A DNA stretch of 63,674 nucleotides, counting the filler, from Platydemus manokwari (taxonomy: Eukaryota): assembly GCA_037951405.1 (NCBI GenBank). It is 6 parts of 6 records of this genome, joined end to end, with 100 filler letters (N's around TTAATTAATTAA, not from the genome) between each part and the next. Parts side by side here need not be neighbours in the genome. Positions count along the whole stretch, not along the records: positions 54,413 to 63,674 come from JBBMOY011275873.1; 5 more parts are not named here. The stretch is one strand, 5' to 3'. Positions within the stretch are counted from its first letter, which is position 1. Each line of letters begins with the position of its first letter. Below, in pieces: positions 56,607 to 63,674 of the stretch. Below the pieces are notes generated by a model that saw only the letters and a program-made list of their open reading frames with translations, did no database searches and had not been told where the DNA came from. A program made the translations under genes and the position numbers.

Positions 56607-57128
56607 ATAGCATTCTTTATGTTGTCTAATAAATTTTCCCATTATTTCATTTACGTCGTGGTACTTATCACTCTGCTCTCCGTATAAATATATGTTATCT
56701 TTCACAACGTTGATGTGGTAAAATATCTCTTATTTCTGCCTCCTTTAGGTCTTGTGTTAATGCATCTGATATAAGATATATAGTTTCATCGATATGAATT
56801 AACATGTCCTTGCCCCTTCTTTATGCTTTGTTTTTGTTTGTCCAATTCTTTGTCAACGAATTCAAATATATCGCTTATCTCTGCTATTGTAAGCTGTATA
56901 GGCTCCTTTTTGTCTTGTGGTATCTGACTCGGTTTCCATTTTAACTTTTCTATTAATAATTCTTGCGTATTTCTATCATCTGTTTTGCAGCATTTATCTC
57001 TTCTTCTGCGGGATGTATTACCTGATCTGCCATCGTTTTAAGATCCATATTTTTTGGTACATGTTTTATCTCTTCTGCTGGAAGTTCTTGCTGTGTCTCT
57101 ATTTTATTTTGATCATTATCCTACTGGT

Positions 57129-58071
57129 TTACGGTTTGCACAAATTTGCGCTCCCCAATGTGGCGTTTTTTATTCTGGCATCATCTAATTCCATTCTCAA
57201 CGTCGCTAACTCCTCATTTTTGGTTACAGATTCTATTCGTTTTGTTTCAGCCTGTTTGATTTTCGTCTCATTTGGTTCATCTTTATACCATTTGGGACAC
57301 GACCTTGCTCGTGGCTCGTATTCACTACAATAATAACATTGGATATGCCCTTCCTGGTTCAACTTGTCTCTCGTGAACCCTGGACTATTAGCTCTATTTC
57401 TAGGATTATACCGTCCAACTTCTCCTGTAAAGGCTTCTCTTTTCCAATTTGCCCCATTATAATTCTTATATGTACCATTATTCATTTCACTTCTTTGCAT
57501 CACTATCATTATTATTACGGTTACAGTCATTTCTCGCCCTTCTCGTCTGGGAATTATCTCTACTGTTCCACTGATAATTGTTTCTCGGTTTTATATTATC
57601 ATTATTGTTCCAATTATGATTGTTTCCTCGTTTTCAATCGCCATTATTTCTCCTAGTTTCCAATTCCCATTATTATTAGACATATTTCTGGCATTTTGTT
57701 CCTTCTGGAATCGCTCTAATAAACTTTTAAAATCTTGTCACTTGAAATCTTGCCTTGAAATCTATTTCTAAATGCCTCGGTATACCTTGCCTGTAAATCT
57801 TCTTCCATAACTATTTCTCGTTTCATCGCCTCTTTAACTCCATTATACGGTAAAGATTGTAACTGGTGGCCTCTTAATAAATTTTTATAAACATCGAATG
57901 CGTATCCTTTTAAATGAAAAGGTAATCTCGCCAGTCTCTGCACGTCATTCCATCCTTAGACTTCTGAAGTTGCTTCATATCCATAAAAAAGTCATTAAAT
58001 TCATCTGCTTTTCCGGAATATATTTCTATAGTTGGTAGTTTAACAACGTTATTTAACCTATTATCTTCCAT
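57129..58071 (-). pseudogene. gag: Retroelement gag: capsid N-terminal part, Asn/Arg-rich spacer and degenerate CCHC zinc knuckle
   Basis: Across frameshifts: MEDN...KLPTIEIYSGKADEFNDFF...GWNDVQRLARLPFHLKGYAFDVY...FRNRFQ, then an N-rich tract, then CYYCSEYEPRARSC (57338-57297; CX2CX4[H>P]X4C). The C-terminal half of the capsid appears deleted near 57720. Confidence 0.82.
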
Positions 58072-58245
58072 ATTATTTCCAGCGTAAATGTTTCTATTTC
58101 TTAACCTATAAATTATTCGATTTTCCAACGCGATTGATTTTAATTAATTAACAACGACTTTTCACAACAATCAATACTTTTATATCACAAACGAATTCGA
58201 ATTTGACGAATTGCACACAGAAATTAATTATATTATTTGACGGTT

Positions 58246-58265
58246 GAGTCCTCACTCGGGCACCA
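58246..58265 (-). promoter_or_regulatory. Primer binding site TGGTGCCCGAGTGAGGACTC
   Basis: Begins TGG (complement of tRNA CCA) 8 nt inside the LTR end. The complement GAGTCCTCACTCGGGCACCA parses as T-loop end, T-stem, acceptor strand, discriminator A and CCA. Confidence 0.8.
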
Positions 58266-58273
58266 AATTTATA

Positions 58274-59239
58274 TGTTGGGTTTTGGTACTTATATGTTTG
58301 TATTCCCAAAACCGGTGAGTTCTTAAGATTGATCTGATTTGAATTCAAATCAACCCTCTCGATTATCAGTATGTTATACTATAAACAATAATACCTAATA
58401 ATACAAATAGTAAATTGGACTATTAATCAATAAATCAAAATGAAGACGGTTTAATAAGAAAATTCCACTATTTAAATCAATATTACAAGATGTTCAAAAT
58501 AATTTACAATTGACAATAATTGATAGATCGGACAAACAAGCAAAATTATTTAATTTACACCAAACTGGATTTTGACTCAAACAAGTTAAGGTTTGGGAGT
58601 GGCCGATTCGAATTTAACGAAACGACCTATATATTAAGATTTTAGACAAATATAGATTTTAAAATATATTATTTCAGTTTCGGCAGCCTCAGAACCTTAG
58701 AATTCACTCCTTCTTGTCGTAATATACAATATTTCCAGCACTTTTGCAAAAGACGTTTATGAGCTTTCTTCTGTTGATTAAACTTCCTTCTTGAGATTAA
58801 AACGGTCGTCGGCAGTTTGCTTCTTTTAAATTTTCAGTTGTTTCTACAAGTTTTCTTTCTGCTTTTAGATTTTCTAAATGTTTGTGTTTAGATATTTGTG
58901 AGCGAAAAATAATGATTTTAGGTGCCTATTTATAGTATTTTAGAATTGGAAAATTCGCTTTAGAATTTTAAAATATTTTTATTTTTCCCAAAAATTTAAT
59001 TCTATTATTTTATTATTTCTATTAAATAAATTCTGTTAATTATAGACTTTTAGAAATTCCAACGAATTAATTTTGGAATTTTTACACATTTCTAAAATTC
59101 TATATAAATTAAATTTAATTTTTTATTATTGTTATTTTGGGAGCGCTATTTATTATTTTTGTTGTCCGATTTATTCTTAAAGTTTATTATCGTTAAAATT
59201 TCCATTATAATAATTGTCATTAAAATATAATTTGTGACA
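58274..59239 (-). repeat. Candidate 5' LTR (~966 bp)
   Basis: Minus strand starts TGTCACAAAT (59239) and ends CCCAACA (58274), giving TGT...ACA termini. Contains a TATAAATAG TATA box (~58926-58934) and is immediately followed by the PBS. The outer boundary is inferred without a second LTR. Confidence 0.65.
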
Positions 59240-59369
59240 AATACATTATGCAAATATTTGAATACAGTATACATTTAAGTAAGGATTTGAGAATTACATA
59301 ATATAAGATACAGATTAGAGACAAAATCATGAAATAAATCAAATGTACGGATTAAATGTGAGTTTTTAT

Positions 59370-59697
59370 GAGAATTTAAGATCGTCTTGTTTGTCAAGAT
59401 CCACACTTTTTGCCCACAATCGGGAATTCTCCTCTCTCAGATCTGTTGGGATTATTGACTCCGTCTTAATTGTTTCCTAGAGTTCTCTCAGGCCAACCTT
59501 CTCGGGCTTATTCCAACGATAAACCATTCAATCCCAGTTGCCATCTTGATTGAGCTCAATCCTTTCATTGGCATTTGTGGCTGTTATATTAGATGTGCTT
59601 GGAGCATTGGATGGTATATGATAGGTTGTGCTTGGGGCGTTAGAGGGCATAAGATAAGATGTGCTTGGGACGTTAGAGGCGCTTTCCCAACAATGCC
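59370..59697 (-). pseudogene. Decayed coding fragment with a 33-bp tandem repeat (PSNAPSTxYxx x3)
   Basis: GC-richer island preceded by TTCAG on the minus strand. Reads HCWESASNVPSTSYLMPSNAPSTTYHIPSNAPSTS...NWD*MVYRWNKPEKVGLREL*ETIK with two in-frame stops. Confidence 0.4.
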
Positions 59698-60360
59698 CTG
59701 AATTTATATGTAACTATTGTACATACTATAAATGCAACTGCTGCCTTATCTAAGCACGTATGAATCACTCTATGATTATTATTTGATAAGATGCGTATTA
59801 TTGTGGCAAAGAAATTTTATTACACAATTGTTCTAAAGTTGGAAACTTTTGGAATACCCGATGAAAAATTTATTAACATTTCGGCAGAACATTTTTAAGT
59901 TCTCTTTCTAAATCTTGCAAATTAGGGACGCTATTTTTTCTAAAAGCTTGAACAATTATTTGAAATGGTGAGAATTTTATCTTGAAAATTTATATAGAAT
60001 TGACCTTTTTTATTTTGTCAATATCGGTTGTTTTTTAACAAAGATTACTCGAAGAATAACTAACGTTATGCGATCGAACACTAAGTGATATGATAAATAC
60101 ATCATAGTTTGTTAAATACAAAATTACATCATTTCGAAACCATAGTTTGCAAATCTCATATTCAAATATAAATCACAAATATAAAATAATAAGTTGTATA
60201 ACAATTATTATTTATTAGAAATTAATAAAACATGATTTAACTGCATAGTACAAATAATTTTCTGTATTAAAATCAAGTTAAAACCTTGGTATAAATAGAT
60301 TTAATCGAACAAAAATATTCAATGTTTCGGAAATTAACATCTCCATCATTTTATAGTAAA

Positions 60361-61982
60361 ATGTCAAATCATTTAGAAAATCGATCCCGTTTTGTTTATA
60401 TAATAATTTAATAAAATTTTTAAATGGGTTTTCTAAAAAAAGTTTTCGTTTTCAGTGCTCTAGTTTTAGTTGGATCGATATTTGCTTATCAGTTTTTAAA
60501 TGAACATCAGATTTCTTCAATATCGATGACAACTTTATTTACAATTACGAAAATAGTAAAATAAATTTCTTCCTCTTCATTTTAATTCATTTTTGAGGAT
60601 TTATATTTGAAATCTTACTTTGGCATCAATGGATTCTACCGTGGTTATGAGAAATTTATATCAAACATGATATATAGCAAGGTCAATAGTTCTGGATTAA
60701 AGGTAAAGTGAATAATAAAAATATAAATTTATTATGAGAATGATATGCAGATTGATATACAACACTTCGATGAAGTGGAGGTTTTAATTTTCAGTCCTCT
60801 CAAGTATAAATCAAAACGACCCGCTATCATTCATTTGCATGGAAGCGGCTGGATCTATTTTAGTCCAAGTTTTTTATTTGATTTTTAATAAAATTTGTAA
60901 TAAGAATATTTCTCCGATTGTTAAGAGGTTTATTCACCGTACTTAGCCGATCTATCTCGTCGATTAAACATATTAATTGTATCCATAAAGTGAGAAAAAA
61001 CCAAATCACTGGTTTTTAGATATATTTCTTCATTACAGTTATCGAAAAGCTCCTGAACATCCATTTCCCGCTGGTGTCACAGATGCCATTGTTGCCACTA
61101 AATATTTCATGGAAAATGCTGAAAAATATGATGTGGATCCGAATCGAGTAGCTTTGATGGGTGGATTAAAATGATTTATGAAAATTTTGGTTTATCAATT
61201 TTTGTTATTTGTAGGAGAAAGTGCTGGTGGTAATTTAGTTGTTTGTGTTGGACATCATTTGGCTTCCATGTTGAAGCTTGGTAAAATTATGAGAGCACCT
61301 AAACTTCTAATTCCAATTGTACCAGCATTTCAAATGGTAGATATGAACACACCATCATTGGTTGATGACAGTCGTGATGAAATATTGAAAAAGTCAGAAT
61401 CTTGCTATTATTTCATGATTGATATAATAAACATTTCAGAGAATGGTGTATGAGTATGGTTTGTAATTATGTGTTTGGAGAATTATCGACTACTGAGCTC
61501 CATGAGTGTATGAATGTGGTGTCAACCAACAATCATTTGAGTGAGGTGGTTGTTAAGAAAGTGAGAGACAATGTTGATTGGAAACAATATTTAAGAGGAA
61601 AGTAATAAATTGATGAATTAAATTCGATATTGAGCAATTTAATAGTGATTACGACAATGTTCCGCAGAGTACTTTCAAATTCACAACGAATAAATTTGTA
61701 AAGAGATTCTCTGAATTGGTTCAAGATCCTTTGTTTTCACCCATGTCAGCTCTGAACAACAGTGATCTTGAGATATTACCACCAGTGTATTTGATAGCGG
61801 CTTCAAAAGATCCATTGAGAGATGATGCTAAAATATTGGCAGCAAGATTGGCGAAAATGAAACGAGGAGAGCTGAAAGAATTTAATTATTCTCATGTTGG
61901 TATTTTGAAGCCTGAAAATTTCGAAGAATATTTTGACTATTTGTTTTCGGTATTGAAAAGACAAGGTTTTACCGAAATTTAA
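60361..61982 (+). CDS. Arylacetamide deacetylase / NCEH1-like esterase (hormone-sensitive lipase family alpha/beta hydrolase), multi-exon
   Basis: Spliced exons give an N-terminal hydrophobic anchor, PAIIHLHGSGW (HGGG-type oxyanion motif), NYRKAPEHPFPAG, VDPNRVALMGESAGGNL (catalytic Ser), SPM, DPLRDD (Asp) and YSHVG (His). The first exon and start codon are tentative. Confidence 0.9.
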
Positions 61983-63674
61983 GTTTAATTTTATTACATC
62001 TTTTATTAATTGATTTTCTTATCGCTGCAACATAAATGTTTTTATAATTTTTATTTATGAAATATCAATTTGTTAGAAATATCAAATTGATTACTCTGAT
62101 TTTGTTCTGAATAAACATTTAACTAGACTCATTTTTCTGATTAATTTTCATTGATCATTCATGATGCACGAATATGTTCCAGATTGATTTGAGTTCGTTT
62201 GCGCTAGCAGTCTAAAACTGATGTTAAATAATTATTATACATATTTGAAACGGCAATAGCAATAATTTGGATTTTGGAATAAGTTTGATAAGACTCATAC
62301 TTTCAAATAAAACCATATTCAACCAGTTTCATAGCTCTTTTGAATTAATTATTTGAAATAAATTATTGATTGTATTCAGTTTAAGAAAAATATTATGTTT
62401 CTTATTCGTCCAACGATTGAAGCCTTGTTGTCATTTCATATACCAAAGATACTCCATATACTTCTTGATCACCGATTATTTTCAATAAGTCAAACATGAT
62501 CAAAGTTCAGTAAATTTAGACATACACCATGTTAGTAAGCTTTATTTACTGAAATATTGATATTGATTATAATTTTATTACTAACGTTGATTGTTGATTT
62601 ATTTAAACATTAAAAAATATTTTATTTACAATAATTTTTATAACAAGAAATTTTTAAATTAACTTTTACTGATTTGAATTTTGTTCTCTACCAAAATCTA
62701 AAAATTTTCCATTACTTTTAAATATAGCTTTGAGATTTAACCATGTATAATTTAAAATGTTCTTGTAATAATAGTATTCAGAATATTGTAACTTTAAATT
62801 TGTAATAAATTTTGATATGCAGAAAATAATCAAAGATTTAAAAAATAAGCCTAAAGGTTGTGAAATCATCTTTAAAATAAATAAAATAACACGCTAAAAT
62901 AAATTTCAGTCAAAATATTTTATGAATACATGAAAGTTCATAAATACAGGTGATTTCACTTAATGATAATGAATATTAAAGGTGCATAACATTGGTCAAA
63001 GTTGATCAAAATTATTTAATGTGTGTTGTTTATTATTATCGATTGTGATTATGTTAATTTTAATTGTGTTTTAATAATACAATCGTAAATTCTCCTATGT
63101 GTCATTCTCATGCCGCTCACTTGTGAAGTTAGTTTAACGTCATTCGTAATAGTCTTACTATCCTACATTGGATTCTTAATTGTCTTAATTTATTTTCAAC
63201 ATCCTCAGGTACTACTGGGAATTCAATAAAAACAAAAAATATAGTTAAATATAATAACAATTTTTAGTTTTAACATGGCAATGAATGGTTACTATATAAA
63301 CAAAAATAGGAATTTGAAAACATCGTTACTTTGAAAAGTAAATTAAATAAGAAGGCTTATGAAAAATATATTCTAAAGTTTTATTTAACCAAGCTATCGG
63401 TGAAATTTCTAAACAAATTTTAGAACCTATTATTCAAATTTTATTATTATTCCAAAAGTCTATAATTGGTACGTAGTTTTATTAAAATATAGACCGAAAT
63501 AAATAGTAGTAGGATTCAAAGATGCTGATATGGGTTTTACAAAAAATAACTCAAAATTTATTCAGATAATTGACAATAATAAAATTAAATAATCGAGAGT
63601 AAAATTAAATAACTCCAATCATTCACTGAATAAAATGTTTTTTGATATACCAAACAATAACCCAGTAGAACCTT

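Larger units (their letters stand above)
54508..59239 (-). mobile_element. Decayed LTR retroelement (Ty3/gypsy-like gag) carrying tandem ubiquitin-like domains and an env-like chuvirus-type glycoprotein; 3' part not in the window
   Basis: Candidate 5' LTR, PBS, capsid-like motif and Zn knuckle. Followed by ~3.5 kb of continuously A-rich, intronless coding-like minus strand broken by stops and frameshifts. Confidence 0.8.

Noticed and set aside
55098-57656. Plus-strand hydrophobic ORFs (55098-55385, 55582-55995, 56107-56412, 56917-57333, 57339-57656) as membrane proteins
   Set aside because: They are T-rich antisense shadows of the A-rich retroelement coding strand and carry no motifs.
57297-58071. 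Classifying the LTR element as BEL/Pao because of KLPTIEI and the chuvirus-like env
   Set aside because: Only one Zn knuckle is visible rather than the BEL triple, and GWNDVQRLARLPFHLKGYA is more Ty3/gypsy-like. BEL is not strictly excluded without an RT sequence.

Overview
AT-rich, intron-containing animal DNA. Composition, many ~35-60 nt introns and the GPCR type suggest a flatworm/planarian, but that is inference. The window is not contiguous: five identical 100-nt artificial linkers (N44-TTAATTAATTAA-N44) join six separate pieces, so adjacency across them is uninformative. Host genes: an intronless peptide-type rhodopsin GPCR and one exon of a second GPCR, most of a multi-exon ECM29/ECPAS gene, seven TRPA1-family ankyrin/linker exons, one SYK/ZAP70-family kinase exon, an uncharacterised 3-exon gene behind an RFX X-box-like motif, and an AADAC/NCEH1-like esterase. 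Mobile and repeat content: a Maverick/Polinton PolB fragment, a dispersed repeat in three copies, a 184-bp foldback and intronic minisatellites. The standout is a decayed LTR element at about 54500-59239 (minus strand). It reads LTR - PBS - gag (single Zn knuckle) - two tandem ubiquitin-like domains - linker - signal-like segment - chuvirus-type (class III) fusion glycoprotein, with no recognisable protease, RT, RNase H or integrase between gag and the glycoprotein. All homologies were assigned by eye from motifs; no searches were run.
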